Assembly: GCA_040752575.1 (NCBI GenBank)
Contig: JBFMGK010000073.1
Location: 1 to 64,000 of the forward strand
DNA: 64,000 bases
Direction: 5' to 3'
Source: Candidatus Bipolaricaulota bacterium
GTDB taxonomy: Bacteria; Bipolaricaulota; Bipolaricaulia; UBA7950; UBA9294
Shown here: positions 20,427-31,045 of the stretch, piece after piece
Position numbering within the stretch: the stretch's first letter is position 1
Layout: every line of letters starts with the position of its first letter
The notes under the pieces: generated by a model
The model's input: the letters and a program-made list of their open reading frames with translations, nothing else
Database searches by the model: none
What the model was told of the DNA's origin: nothing
Made by a program: the position numbers and the translations under genes

Positions 20427-21170
20427 CTAGGCGTGAGCGACGGTCGCGACATACACTCGGGCGAACCCTGCTCTCTTCAAGGTTCGCGCACACTCCTCCG
20501 CCGTCGCCCCGGTCGTGAGCAGGTCATCCACGAGAAGCACCGAGCCGTTTCCCGATCGTACTGCACGGAAGGCGTGCCTCAAGTTCGTTTCACGGGCGCT
20601 CGCAGGCAAGGTGCGTTGAGGCACCGTGGGGCGCGCCTTCGCGAGCAGCCGCCGCTCGGGGAGGCCGAGGGATCGGGCGGCCCCTCGCGCGAGAATTCGC
20701 GACGGGTTGAAACCGCGCCCCCGCTCCTCGCGTGCCGTCATGGGGACGTGGGTCACGCAGGCAATCGTCCCTCCCCACGTCTCGTCGGCAACGCGTTGGC
20801 CGAGCTGCCCCGCGAGCCAACGTCCCACCGCACGCTCGCCTTCAAACTTGAAGGCGCGAACCAGATCGCCCCAGGGACCCTGATACAGGCCGAGCGACAG
20901 CGCTGCGTCAAATGCGCGTACCCTCGTGCCGCAGCGCAGGCAGAGATCGACCCGTGCGTCGGACAACGCCTCGCCGCAACGCCGACACCCGTGAGGGAGC
21001 GGCTTAGGGAGCTTGCCGGCGCACGCTGCGCAGACCGGCTCCCCAAGAGACGTCAGAACTCCGCACTCGATGCACTCCGGCGGGTAAGCCCACGACGCGA
21101 CACCTGCCGCGACGCTAGAGAACCAGCGCCAGACGGAGGAGCTGGTTCGTGTACCCCCACTCGTTGTCAT
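20427..21170 (-). CDS. comF: ComF family double zinc-ribbon/phosphoribosyltransferase protein
   Basis: Four CxxC motifs, RGFN, LLVDDLLTTGAT. The only in-frame start lies inside the 3' end of gap. Confidence 0.88.
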   Translation of the reverse strand: MTTSGGTRTSSSVWRWFSSVAAGVASWAYPPECIECGVLTSLGEPVCAACAGKLPKPLPHGCRRCGEALSDARVDLCLRCGTRVRAFDAALSLGLYQGPWGDLVRAFKFEGERAVGRWLAGQLGQRVADETWGGTIACVTHVPMTAREERGRGFNPSRILARGAARSLGLPERRLLAKARPTVPQRTLPASARETNLRHAFRAVRSGNGSVLLVDDLLTTGATAEECARTLKRAGFARVYVATVAHA

Positions 21171-22128
21171 AGAAGGCCACGACCTTCAGAAGGCGCCCAT
21201 CAACGATCGCCGTGAGGGTGGGATCGACGACGCTCGGCCGCGGATCGGCGATGATGTCCGAAGAGACCATCGGATCATCGCTCACGCCCAGAATGCCCGA
21301 AAGTTCCCCGCCGGCGTATTTCCGAAGCGCCGCGTTCACGGTCTCCGGCGTCACGGCCTCCTTCATCTCGGCCGTGATGTCGCTCACCGAGCCGGTGGCC
21401 ACGGGCACGCGGAGCGCGACGCCATCCATCTTCCCTTTGAGCGATGGGATGACCTTCGAAGTGGCCGACGCAGCGCCGGTTGTGGTGGGGACGATATTCA
21501 CCGCCGCCGCCCGGCTCCGGGTCGGCGACTTGTGCGCCGAATCGACGAGGCGCTGGTCTGCAGTGTACGCATGGACCGTCGTGACCGACGCATGGACGAT
21601 CCCGAACTCCTTGTCGAGCACGTACACGACGGGCACAAGGGAGTTCGTCGTGCAGGAGGCCGCCGAGACCACGTCGTGCTCGGGCCGAACCGAGCCGTGG
21701 TTGATCCCGTAGACGACCTGCGGGATCTTCTCGGCACCCTCGCCCTTGCTTGGCACGGTCTGGAGAACGCGCTTCGCGCCCGCGGCGGCGTGCTGGCTCG
21801 CGCCCTTATCCCCGGAGTACGCGGTGAACGCGCCGCTTGCCTCGACAACCAAGTCCACCTTCATCTCGCCCCACGGCAACTGCTTGGGATCCTTCACCGT
21901 AAGGAGCGGAACGGTGTGTCCGTCGACGACGAGTCCGCCATCGGCCACGGCGACGGTCTTGCCGTATCGCCCGTAGACGGAGTCGTGCACCAGGAGGTAC
22001 CGCGCCATGTCCGGTTGGATGAAGGGGTCGTTGATCGCGACGATCTCGACGTCGGGGTGTCCGAAGGCAATCCGGAAGAACGCTCGCCCGATCCGTCCAA
22101 ACCCATTGATGGCCACTCGCTTTTTCAC
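21115..22128 (-). CDS. gap: Glyceraldehyde-3-phosphate dehydrogenase, type I
   Basis: AINGFGRIGR, ASCTTNSL, HAYTADQ, PTTTGAA, YDNEWGY. Confidence 0.93.
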   Translation of the reverse strand: MKKRVAINGFGRIGRAFFRIAFGHPDVEIVAINDPFIQPDMARYLLVHDSVYGRYGKTVAVADGGLVVDGHTVPLLTVKDPKQLPWGEMKVDLVVEASGAFTAYSGDKGASQHAAAGAKRVLQTVPSKGEGAEKIPQVVYGINHGSVRPEHDVVSAASCTTNSLVPVVYVLDKEFGIVHASVTTVHAYTADQRLVDSAHKSPTRSRAAAVNIVPTTTGAASATSKVIPSLKGKMDGVALRVPVATGSVSDITAEMKEAVTPETVNAALRKYAGGELSGILGVSDDPMVSSDIIADPRPSVVDPTLTAIVDGRLLKVVAFYDNEWGYTNQLLRLALVL

Positions 22129-22709
22129 CCACGTCCTCCTTCGCTGCGCGCCCGGACCCTATCCACGAAGGCCCGGTGAATCCTCAAGTCCCCTGTCAAT
22201 TCAGGATGGAAGCTCGCGACCAGGATCATACCCTGCTCCGCCATCACTGCCACTCCTTCGTGACGGGCCAGCACCTTCACCCCGGGACCGACGCGCACGA
22301 TGAACGGAGCGCGGATGAACACGGCAGGCACGTCCGGCCCGATTCCGTCGACATCGAGCGTCGTCTCGAAGCTGTGCACCTGTCTCCCCGATGCATTCCG
22401 CGCCACGGCGACGTCGATGGCCCCAATGTGAGGCTCGGCGCGTCCCTGGACCTCGCGCGCGAGCAGGATCATCCCGGCGCACGTGCCGAACATCGGCAAT
22501 CCCCGCGCGGCGGCAGCGCGCAAGGCGTCCAGCAGCCCTCCCTCGGCAAGAAGCGCCATAGCTGTCGATTCGCCGCCGGGCAGGATCAACGCGTCGATCC
22601 GCGAGAGCTCGTCAACGCGTTTGACGATCGCCGACTCGACCTCGAGCGCGGTCAGGGAGCGGACATGCTCTCGCACGGCGCCCTGCAGACCGAGAACGCC
22701 GACTCTCAT
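22125..22709 (-). CDS. pdxT: PLP synthase glutaminase subunit
   Basis: [35 protein letters not shown]. Confidence 0.95.
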   Translation of the reverse strand: MRVGVLGLQGAVREHVRSLTALEVESAIVKRVDELSRIDALILPGGESTAMALLAEGGLLDALRAAAARGLPMFGTCAGMILLAREVQGRAEPHIGAIDVAVARNASGRQVHSFETTLDVDGIGPDVPAVFIRAPFIVRVGPGVKVLARHEGVAVMAEQGMILVASFHPELTGDLRIHRAFVDRVRARSEGGRG

Positions 22710-23590
22710 CGGCCGCGGATCTGCATCTTCTCGTGCTCGGGAAGGGTCTCGATCTCGATGCCGGGCATGGCCTGGCCGAGACCCCGAGACACCTCGGCGA
22801 TCTTCGCTGCGTCGCGGTAATGCGTCGTGGCCTCGACGATCGCCCGCGCCCGGCGCGCCGGGTCCGAGGACTTGAAGACTCCGCTTCCGACGAAGATGCC
22901 ATCGCATCCCAACTGCATCATCATCGCGGCGTCCGCCGGCGTGGCGATGCCGCCCGCAGCGAAGTTGACGACCGGCAGGCGGCCGGCCTCGCGAATCGCT
23001 AGCAGAATGGAATGAGGAGCTCCGAGGTTCTTGGCCAGGCCCATGAGTTCCTCCTCGGGAGCGTCCAACACCGCTCGCAGTTCCTGGCTGACTCGCCGCA
23101 TGTGGCGAACGGCTTCGATCACGTTGCCGGTGCCGGGTTCCCCCTTGGTCCGGATCATGGCCGCGCCCTCGGCAATCCTACGACACGCCTCGCCCAGGTC
23201 GCGAGCGCCGCACACGAACGGCACGGTGAACTCCCACTTGTTGATGTGAAACTCGGGATCCGCCGGCGTCAGAACCTCGGACTCGTCGATGTAGTCGACC
23301 TCGAGCGCCTGAAGCACCTGCGCCTCGACGAAGTGCCCGATCCGCACCTTGGCCATGACCGGAATGGACACCGCGTCCATGATCTCGCGAACCCTCTTCG
23401 GGTCCGCCATCCGCGCAACGCCCCCCTCTGCCCGGATGTCGGCGGGCACTCGCTCGAGGGCCATGACCGACACGGCGCCGGCCTCCTCGGCAATCCGAGC
23501 CTGTTCGGGCGTCGTGACGTCCATGATCACGCCGCCCTTCAGCATCTCCGCAAGCCCGCTCTTGACGCGGAAAGTTCCCCTATCTCCCAT
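22706..23590 (-). CDS. pdxS: PLP synthase lyase subunit
   Basis: [40 protein letters not shown]. Confidence 0.96.
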   Translation of the reverse strand: MGDRGTFRVKSGLAEMLKGGVIMDVTTPEQARIAEEAGAVSVMALERVPADIRAEGGVARMADPKRVREIMDAVSIPVMAKVRIGHFVEAQVLQALEVDYIDESEVLTPADPEFHINKWEFTVPFVCGARDLGEACRRIAEGAAMIRTKGEPGTGNVIEAVRHMRRVSQELRAVLDAPEEELMGLAKNLGAPHSILLAIREAGRLPVVNFAAGGIATPADAAMMMQLGCDGIFVGSGVFKSSDPARRARAIVEATTHYRDAAKIAEVSRGLGQAMPGIEIETLPEHEKMQIRGR

Positions 23591-23668
23591 GGCACTCACC
23601 TCTTCGTGGCAACTCGACGCCGAGTGAAGTATACGTTGGTCCGCCGGGCCGACGGCAGTCGGCCGAAG

Positions 23669-24490
23669 CTAGCCGCGCGCGCGGCGTGGGTCGCCCGACC
23701 ACCCAAGCTTCTGGGCCAGCACGGCGAAGAAAGGCGCAGCGCTGGGGAGACGAACCCATCGCGTCGGGACGTCGGAACGACGAACGAGCAGCTCGTCGCC
23801 ATCGTCTATCTGCCCGACGTGATCTCCATCGGCGATGACCTCGACGGTGCGCCGTGGGCGGATCCGCACCTCGGCACTCGCGGGAAGGACCGTCGATCGG
23901 ACCCCGAGGGCGTGCACGGCATGCGGCGTCACGATCAGGCATTCTGCTTCGGGAACGACGACGGGGCCGCCGGCGGAGAGGTTGTACGCCGTGGAGCCCG
24001 TTGGCGTCGAGAGGATGACCCCATCGCCGGCAAAGGTCGCGATCGTCTCCCCCCCCGCGATCACCGTGAGTTCGCAGAATCGCGACCGTCCGACGCCACA
24101 GACGACCACGTCATTCAGGACGGAGCCGCCAAACGCCCGTGCCTTGTAGGTCAGTCGCATCCGGTCCTCGATCCGGGCCTCGCCGCGCAGGACGGCTTCG
24201 AACGCCTCGGCCAGCGCCTCGGGATCCGTCGCCGAGAGGAATCCGAGACTGCCCAAGTTGACGCCCAAAACGGGGAGGCCCAGATGTGCGGCCGCATCGG
24301 CCGCGCGTAGGACCGTGCCGTCACCCCCGAGGGCCACAACCAGTGCTTCGCCTGGAGCGCGATCCATGGCCCCGGCGACATCAACGCATTCGACGCCGTG
24401 GCGCGCGCAGGCCGCCGCCAGCTCGGCGCGCGCACGAGCCGCGGAAGGCTTCGTGTCGTTGGCTACGACGAGGACTCGGCGAAACGTCAT
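23669..24490 (-). CDS. nadK: NAD(+)/NADH kinase
   Basis: GGDGT, GVNLGSLGFL, LND, DGVILSTPTGSTAYNLSAGGP. Confidence 0.93.
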   Translation of the reverse strand: MTFRRVLVVANDTKPSAARARAELAAACARHGVECVDVAGAMDRAPGEALVVALGGDGTVLRAADAAAHLGLPVLGVNLGSLGFLSATDPEALAEAFEAVLRGEARIEDRMRLTYKARAFGGSVLNDVVVCGVGRSRFCELTVIAGGETIATFAGDGVILSTPTGSTAYNLSAGGPVVVPEAECLIVTPHAVHALGVRSTVLPASAEVRIRPRRTVEVIADGDHVGQIDDGDELLVRRSDVPTRWVRLPSAAPFFAVLAQKLGWSGDPRRARG

Positions 24491-24521
24491 GGCGCGATCC
24501 TAGCGCCGAGGCGAGAGACCA

Positions 24522-25358
24522 TCAAGACGACCGGCGTGTTGTGTAGCGCCAGCGGCACGCAAGTCGCTCAACGACATCGATCGACACGTAGAGCGCAAGC
24601 CCGAGGAGAGCCATCGCCAGGATGCCGGCGAACGCAACCGGCGGGCTGTAGAGCATGTTCTGCTTGATGAACGCGCCAAGGCCTCCGCGGCCGGGCGCCA
24701 CCGAACCACTGATTTCCGCGATGTACAGGAAGGCCATGCCCAGGCCGACGCTGACGCGCAGACTGGTGAGGATCGACGGGAGGGTCTCCGGCACGATGAC
24801 GTGGCGGTAGACCTGCCATCGCGAAGCGCCCGCCGAGAGAACGCTCGTGACGTGCTCGGGGTCGATCTCCTTGGCCGCGCCGCGCGCGCTCACCAAGAGC
24901 TGGAAGAAGAGCGCGATGGCGACAATCGCGACCTTCACCGGATTGCCGATCCCGAAGACGAGGAAGAGCAGAAGGATGAACGAGACCTGCGGGATCGGAT
25001 AGACCAAGTAGATCATCGGAGACACGAGCGAGTCAAGCAACCGTTCGCGTCCGATCAGCAGCCCAAGGGGGTAGCCGGCGAAAAAGGCGATCAGAATGGC
25101 GAGGACGAGCCGCCAGGCACTGGTCCAGAAGTTGCGGAACAACTGCGGCCCGAGCCGAATCATCTCGGAAACGGCTTGAACCGGGTTCGGCAGGATCGGG
25201 GTGTCCTTGACCCAGCGCACCAGCACGCTCGCGCCCCACCACAAGCCGAACAACAGCGCGACGCTCGCCACGTACATCACGATCAGCCCGGCCGGAGAGC
25301 GATCGCGCACTCGATCGGTCATGTAGGCCAAGGCTCTGCGGGTTCGGTCGGCGCTCAT
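24522..25358 (-). CDS. ABC importer permease (SsuC/TauC/NitT family)
   Basis: Multiple TM helices and an EAA-loop region (SAGASRWQVYRHVIVP). Confidence 0.88.
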   Translation of the reverse strand: MSADRTRRALAYMTDRVRDRSPAGLIVMYVASVALLFGLWWGASVLVRWVKDTPILPNPVQAVSEMIRLGPQLFRNFWTSAWRLVLAILIAFFAGYPLGLLIGRERLLDSLVSPMIYLVYPIPQVSFILLLFLVFGIGNPVKVAIVAIALFFQLLVSARGAAKEIDPEHVTSVLSAGASRWQVYRHVIVPETLPSILTSLRVSVGLGMAFLYIAEISGSVAPGRGGLGAFIKQNMLYSPPVAFAGILAMALLGLALYVSIDVVERLACRWRYTTRRSS

Positions 25359-26089
25359 CCCCTCTCCAATCCGGCCCTCAGACGCGCCACGATCTCGGCA
25401 AAAGCCATGGTGCTCCGATAGTCGAGTTTCCCCATTTCGGGGTTGTCCACGACCTCCTTGACGGTCGCGGGACGCTCGCTCAGAATCGCGATCCTTCGGC
25501 CAAGGAACGCCGCTTCCTCGATGTCGTGCGTCACGAGGATGAGCGCAAAGGCGTGGCGAGTCCAGAGGCGCAAGAACAAGTCCTGGATCTTCTCCTTGGT
25601 CAACGCGTCGAGCGACGCCAGGGGTTCGTCCATAAGCATCACCGAAGGCGAGGTCGAGAGAGCGCGAGCGATCCCGACGCGTCGCTTCATCCCTTCGGAC
25701 AGCTCCGATGGGTAGCGGTTCCGCACGTCGCCGAGCCCGAGGTCGTCGAGCACGGCGCGGGCCGTGACGCGCGGGTAGTCCTTGTTCAGGAGCAGGCTGA
25801 GGTTCGCATTCTGCCAGACGGTTTTCCACGGCAGGAGTCCGGCATTCTGAAGGATCAGCGCGATCTCGCGCCTCGGGCGCAGGAGAGGCTCGTCGCCCAC
25901 GCGGATCTCCCCCGACGTCGCGGGAAGAAGGCCGGCCATGGCGAACAAGAGCGTCGACTTGCCGCATCCGGAAGGGCCGATGAGCGCAAGGCTTTCCCCG
26001 CGCGCGACCTTGAGCGACACGCCGCTCACGGCCCGCACGGACCGCGATCCGCGCCCGTACTCGATCACGAGATCATGCACAGAGATCAT
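25355..26089 (-). CDS. ABC importer ATP-binding protein (SsuB/TauB family)
   Basis: GPSGCGKST, LLPWKTV, LSEGMKRR, MDEP, VTHD. Confidence 0.9.
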   Translation of the reverse strand: MISVHDLVIEYGRGSRSVRAVSGVSLKVARGESLALIGPSGCGKSTLLFAMAGLLPATSGEIRVGDEPLLRPRREIALILQNAGLLPWKTVWQNANLSLLLNKDYPRVTARAVLDDLGLGDVRNRYPSELSEGMKRRVGIARALSTSPSVMLMDEPLASLDALTKEKIQDLFLRLWTRHAFALILVTHDIEEAAFLGRRIAILSERPATVKEVVDNPEMGKLDYRSTMAFAEIVARLRAGLERG

Positions 26090-27093
26090 GGCAAGAAGCG
26101 CGCGTCAACGAACTCCTCGAACCGAGGAACTGATGACAGATAGCCTTTTCCCTTCATCCAGGAGCCGACGTCCGTGTAGATCTTCTCGCAGAGAGCTTCG
26201 GGAGGTCCGAACGAGGGAATCGAAATCGCATCTATGGTGGCTTGCTGGATCGTCGCACGATTGGCCCCCTGGAAGAAGAGCCCCAGAACCACATCGAGGC
26301 CCACCCCAACGATCTCGTCGCGCGACGACGCGTTCAGCCGCTCGACCGCCGCGGCCACGACGCGAAGGAAGGTCGCGACGTCGGCTCCCCGATCCTGGAG
26401 TGCCTCCTTGCGGAACAGGAGGACGCGGGGCGGCGCGTCGACAAACGTGAAGTCCGAAAGGACTACGAGCTTGGGCGCGCTTCCTCCCACCGGGACAAAG
26501 ACGCGGATGTACGAGTAGTACGGCTCGGGGAGGACGGCGGCAGGCAACGTCTTGGCGCCGAACCACGTCGCGAGCTGCAGCATGTCGCCGAAGTAGGTGT
26601 ACCGCGTGATCCACGCCCGCGGGGCGCCGTGGGTGCTGAAGAACGCGTCAAGCAGGTACTCGTCGTCGGTTCGATACGTCACGCCGACGATCTGGTTTCC
26701 CGAGAGAAGATCCTCGAGGTTCGACGGGCCGAACCCCTGGTGCGAGACGAGAGCCAGGCGCATGCTGTTCGACTGCGGCGTCGACGCCAGGCCCGCCACA
26801 ACCGCCACGCCGCGCCCGGCAGAGTGGTCGAGGAACGCCGAGGTCACGTCGGACAGCACGGCGTCAAGGCTCCCCGTGAGGAGTGCCGTGCTTCGCTCCT
26901 GGTTGTCGCTGATCCCGATGAGGTCGACCGTCAGCCCCTCGGCATCGAACATTCCCCACGCTTCGGCAAACGCAATCGGCAGCGACTCCAGCACCGGCGG
27001 AAGACTGATCCGCAAGGCCGGCGCCGCGGCGCAGGCGGCGCTCCCCAGCACCACGAAGAAGAACACGAGAGCGGTCCGTCGCACGCACAGCAT
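26086..27093 (-). CDS. ABC importer substrate-binding protein (NMT1/SsuA-like)
   Basis: Signal peptide, GMFDAEGLTVDL, AVLPEP; in an operon with the ATPase and permease. Confidence 0.8.
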   Translation of the reverse strand: MLCVRRTALVFFFVVLGSAACAAAPALRISLPPVLESLPIAFAEAWGMFDAEGLTVDLIGISDNQERSTALLTGSLDAVLSDVTSAFLDHSAGRGVAVVAGLASTPQSNSMRLALVSHQGFGPSNLEDLLSGNQIVGVTYRTDDEYLLDAFFSTHGAPRAWITRYTYFGDMLQLATWFGAKTLPAAVLPEPYYSYIRVFVPVGGSAPKLVVLSDFTFVDAPPRVLLFRKEALQDRGADVATFLRVVAAAVERLNASSRDEIVGVGLDVVLGLFFQGANRATIQQATIDAISIPSFGPPEALCEKIYTDVGSWMKGKGYLSSVPRFEEFVDARFLP

Positions 27094-27202
27094 CCGATCC
27101 CCCCTCATCAGCTTGGATCCCGCGGGATTATAGCGACCCTTCCCCGGGCGACCAACGGGGCGCCTTTCGCGCAGGGTCAGAGCAGGATACCATTGTCGAT
27201 CC

Positions 27203-28933
27203 ATGGATCGAATCAGCTCGTGGCTCTGGCGGTTCCGCGGGCGCGTGGGGGCGGGATTCCTGGCTCTTGTCGTCGTCGATGGCGCGACGCTCGTCATCCC
27301 CCTCGTCATTCGCCGCGCCGTGGATGACATCGGGGCGGGCAGCGCGCGGCTCTTGCTGTACGCGCTGTGGATTGTAGGCCTCGCCGGCATCGCACTCGTG
27401 CTTCGGTTCGCCTGGCGCCTCTTGCTCATCGGCACGGCACGGCGCATCGAGCGCGACCTACGTGCGAAGCTCTACGGTCATCTGCTCTCGCTTCCCGCTT
27501 CGTTCTACAACGAGACGCGCACGGGCGACCTTATGGCTCACGCGACGAACGACATCGAGGCGGTCACGCGGGCCTGCGGCTTCGGCCTCATCACCGTCAT
27601 CGACCCGCTGGTCATGATTCCCGTGTCCCTCGGGATCATGCTGTCGATCGACCCTCGGATGACGCTGTATGCGGCGATCCCTCTTCCTATCCTGACTTTC
27701 ATCATGCTCGCGTTCGGGCGGATCATCCATCACCGATTCGAGCGCGCTCAGGCTGCCTTCTCGGCGGTCATGGAGAAAGTGCGCGAGACGGTCTCGGGCA
27801 TTCGCGTTCTCAAGTCGTTCGCTCAGGAACCCGGATCGGAAGTGGACTTCGCAGCGACCAATCAGCGGCTCGTGGAGGAGAACATGTCGCTCGTCCGCGT
27901 GCACGGTCTCTTCCACTCGCTGATCCAGCTGCTCGGCGGCGCGACGCTCGCCATCATCCTGTGGGTGGGAGGGAAGAGCGTCATCGGCGGCCGCGTTACG
28001 CTCGGAAGCTTCGTCGCGTTTGCCCAGTACCTTTCGATGCTCATCTGGCCGATGATCGCCGTCGGGCAGGCCGTGAACCTTCTGCAGCGCGGATCGGCTT
28101 CGCTCGCGCGAATCAATGCGTTGCTGGCCGTTCAGCCGGACGTCAGCGAACCCGAAGTCCCGATGGGGCTCCAGAGCGCTGCGTTGGCCTTTCGCGGGCT
28201 CACGTTCGTCTACCCCGGCGGCGATCGGGCGGGGACCCCCGCGCTCGCCGACATCAACCTCGAGGTGGCCGAGGGGGAGACCTTGGGCATCGTCGGGCTC
28301 ACCGGGGCGGGGAAGAGCACCCTGGCCCATCTGATTCTGCGTGTGTTCGACCCGCCCCCGGGCGCGGTGTGGGTCGGCCATGTCGACGTCCGGGACGTCT
28401 CCCTCCCTGAGTTGCGGGCATCGATCGGTTTTGTCCCCCAGGACGCCTTCCTGTTCTCGGCGACCCTCGCCGAGAACATCGCGTTCGGGCGGCCGGATGC
28501 CGCGCGAACCGAGATCGAGCGCGCGGCTCAGTTGGCCGGAATCCACGACGAGATCCTCACGTTTCCCCTGGGGTACGAAACGCGCGTCGGGGAGCGCGGC
28601 ATCTCGCTGTCCGGCGGCCAGAAGCAGCGAGTGGCGATTGCCCGTGCGCTGCTCTGCGACCCGAAGATTGTGATCTTCGACGACCCGCTGTCCGCGGTCG
28701 ACGCCGAGCGGGAAGAGGTCATCCTGGGCAACCTGAGGGCCTTCTTCCGGGGACGGACCTGTGTGCTGATCGCTCACCGGCTTTCCGCGGTGAAGGAGGC
28801 GGACCGCATCGTCGTCCTCGACAAGGGCAGGCTCGTCGAACAGGGGAGGCACGAGGACCTCGTCCGCGAAGACGGCATCTACGCTCGGGTCTGGGCCCTG
28901 CAGCAGGCGGAGCGGCGGGCGGAGGGCGCATGA
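27203..28933 (+). CDS. Heterodimeric ABC exporter subunit (TMD-NBD; degenerate Walker B)
   Basis: 6-TM domain, GLTGAGKST, LSGGQKQR, IVIFDD (catalytic E replaced by D). Confidence 0.92.
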   Translation: MDRISSWLWRFRGRVGAGFLALVVVDGATLVIPLVIRRAVDDIGAGSARLLLYALWIVGLAGIALVLRFAWRLLLIGTARRIERDLRAKLYGHLLSLPASFYNETRTGDLMAHATNDIEAVTRACGFGLITVIDPLVMIPVSLGIMLSIDPRMTLYAAIPLPILTFIMLAFGRIIHHRFERAQAAFSAVMEKVRETVSGIRVLKSFAQEPGSEVDFAATNQRLVEENMSLVRVHGLFHSLIQLLGGATLAIILWVGGKSVIGGRVTLGSFVAFAQYLSMLIWPMIAVGQAVNLLQRGSASLARINALLAVQPDVSEPEVPMGLQSAALAFRGLTFVYPGGDRAGTPALADINLEVAEGETLGIVGLTGAGKSTLAHLILRVFDPPPGAVWVGHVDVRDVSLPELRASIGFVPQDAFLFSATLAENIAFGRPDAARTEIERAAQLAGIHDEILTFPLGYETRVGERGISLSGGQKQRVAIARALLCDPKIVIFDDPLSAVDAEREEVILGNLRAFFRGRTCVLIAHRLSAVKEADRIVVLDKGRLVEQGRHEDLVREDGIYARVWALQQAERRAEGA

Positions 28934-30990
28934 GCGACGGGTTCCACGATGACGAGATCGTCGGGAAGGCGTTCGACGCCCGCCTGACGCGGAGGATGCT
29001 CCAGTTCCTCACGCCGTACCGGCGGATCTTCGCCATCTGCGTGGCGCTGACCATAGCTCTTGCCGGCATCGAACTCGCGCTGCCCGTCCTCACCAAGACG
29101 GCCATCGACGCCCACATGACCCTGCCGTACGCTTTGGTCACCCTGGAGAGCGCACCGTCGGGCGACCCGCTGGACCTCGGAGGCGGACGCTACCTCGTTC
29201 GCCGCTCGGCCGTCCCGTCCGATACGTGGCGTGCGTGGGAAGAGGCCGACGCCGTCGAGCCCGAGCGCGTGCTCTTCCTGTCGGTCGAGGATTCGCGTAG
29301 CGAGGTCGTCGAGCGCTACCCCACGGCGTTCGTCGCGGTGCCCGGCGGCTTCGCCGCTTCGGAGTCCGCTCTGCGGACGCTGCCGCCGCGCGAAGTCGAG
29401 GTGCTGCGCGGCACCGCGTTGGCCAACCTGCTGCGTCTCGCCATCCTCTACGCGTTCGCCCTTCTTGTCCGGTTCGTGTTCGCGGTGGCCCAGGCCATCA
29501 TGCTGGAGTACACCGGGCAACGCGTGATCTACGACATGCGGAGGAAGATCTTCGCTCACGTGCTCCGCCTGCCCGTGCCCTTCTTCGACCGGATGCCCGT
29601 GGGGCGCCTTGTGACCCGCGCCACGAACGATGTGGGGGCGATCCACGAGTTCTTCACGTCGATGCTCGTCAGCCTCTTCCGCGACACGATTCTCGTCGCG
29701 GGGATCGTCGTCGTCATGCTGCAGCTCGACTGGCGCCTCGCGCTCGTCGTCTTTGCGCTCTTCCCGCTCATCGGGTTGGCCGCCTGGCAGTTCCGCAATC
29801 GCGTCCGCGCCGCCTTTCGCGAGGTGCGCCGCCAAATCGCTCGGCTCAATGCCTACGTCCAGGAGTCGATCTCGGGCATCCGCATCATCCAGGCATTCGT
29901 TCAGGAGGTCACCGCGAACCGACGGTTCGTGGAGATCAACCAGGCCAAGTACGACGCCGACTTTCGGCAGATCGTGACCTTCGCGATCTTCCGGCCCCTC
30001 ATGAGCTTCCTCAGCTCGTTCGCGGTCGCCCTGGTGCTCTGGTACGGGGGCCTACGGACTCTGGGGGGAGCGTTGTCCCTCGGCGCACTCGTCGCCTTCC
30101 TGCAATACGTCCGCATGCTGTTCGAGCCCATTCTGAACCTGTCCGAGGGGTACAACGTCCTGCAAGCAGCCATGGCATCCGCCGAACGCATCTTCCTGTT
30201 GCTCGATGAGAAACAGGAGTCGCGCGGCGGGGGCGCACAGCCCGAGAAGGTTCGGGGAAAGATCGAGTTCCAACACGTCTGGTTCGCCTACTCGGGCGAG
30301 GACTGGGTGCTGAAGGACGTGTCGTTCGCCATCGAACCCGGCGAGCGGATCGCGATTGTCGGGCCGACCGGATCGGGAAAGACGACGCTCATCCGCCTCC
30401 TGTTGCGGATGTACCCAATCCAGCGCGGCGAGATCCTGGTCGACGGACTCTCGATCGATGCTTACGACCTCGCCTACCTTCGCGCCCAGATGGCCGTGGT
30501 CCTGCAGGATGTCTTCCTCTTCTCCGGGACGGTCATGGACAACATCCGGCTGCGCTCGGCGATCCCCGAGGAGAAGGCCGTTGAGGCCGCGCGTTTTGTG
30601 AGCGCCGACTTCGTTGAGGCGTTTCCCGACGGGTACGCGACCGAGGTGAAAGAGCGCGGCGCGACGTTGTCCGTCGGCGAGCGACAGCTCCTGTCGTACG
30701 CCCGCGCCGTCGCCTTTGAACCCAAGATCCTCGTGCTCGACGAGGCGACGGCGAGCATCGACTCGCACACGGAAGACATCATCCAGGCCTCGCTGCGGCG
30801 CATTCTGGAGGGGCGCACGTCCATCGCGATCGCCCATCGCCTGTCCACGATCCGCGAGTCCAACCGCATCCTTGTCCTGCACCACGGAGAGATCGTCGAG
30901 GAAGGCGACCACGAGACGCTGCTTCGCGTCGGTGGGCTCTACGCCGCGCTATACAGCCTTCAGTTCGGCGGCGCCGGCGGTTCGACGTAG
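28930..30990 (+). CDS. Heterodimeric ABC exporter subunit (TMD-NBD; degenerate signature)
   Basis: GPTGSGKTT, LSVGERQL, LVLDEAT, IAHRL; large loop between TM1 and TM2. Confidence 0.92.
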   Translation: MSDGFHDDEIVGKAFDARLTRRMLQFLTPYRRIFAICVALTIALAGIELALPVLTKTAIDAHMTLPYALVTLESAPSGDPLDLGGGRYLVRRSAVPSDTWRAWEEADAVEPERVLFLSVEDSRSEVVERYPTAFVAVPGGFAASESALRTLPPREVEVLRGTALANLLRLAILYAFALLVRFVFAVAQAIMLEYTGQRVIYDMRRKIFAHVLRLPVPFFDRMPVGRLVTRATNDVGAIHEFFTSMLVSLFRDTILVAGIVVVMLQLDWRLALVVFALFPLIGLAAWQFRNRVRAAFREVRRQIARLNAYVQESISGIRIIQAFVQEVTANRRFVEINQAKYDADFRQIVTFAIFRPLMSFLSSFAVALVLWYGGLRTLGGALSLGALVAFLQYVRMLFEPILNLSEGYNVLQAAMASAERIFLLLDEKQESRGGGAQPEKVRGKIEFQHVWFAYSGEDWVLKDVSFAIEPGERIAIVGPTGSGKTTLIRLLLRMYPIQRGEILVDGLSIDAYDLAYLRAQMAVVLQDVFLFSGTVMDNIRLRSAIPEEKAVEAARFVSADFVEAFPDGYATEVKERGATLSVGERQLLSYARAVAFEPKILVLDEATASIDSHTEDIIQASLRRILEGRTSIAIAHRLSTIRESNRILVLHHGEIVEEGDHETLLRVGGLYAALYSLQFGGAGGST

Positions 30991-31045
30991 CGAGGTCGTG
31001 GACAACGCCTGCGCCGGGTGTACTCTGGGCAGGGGGAGGAAAACC

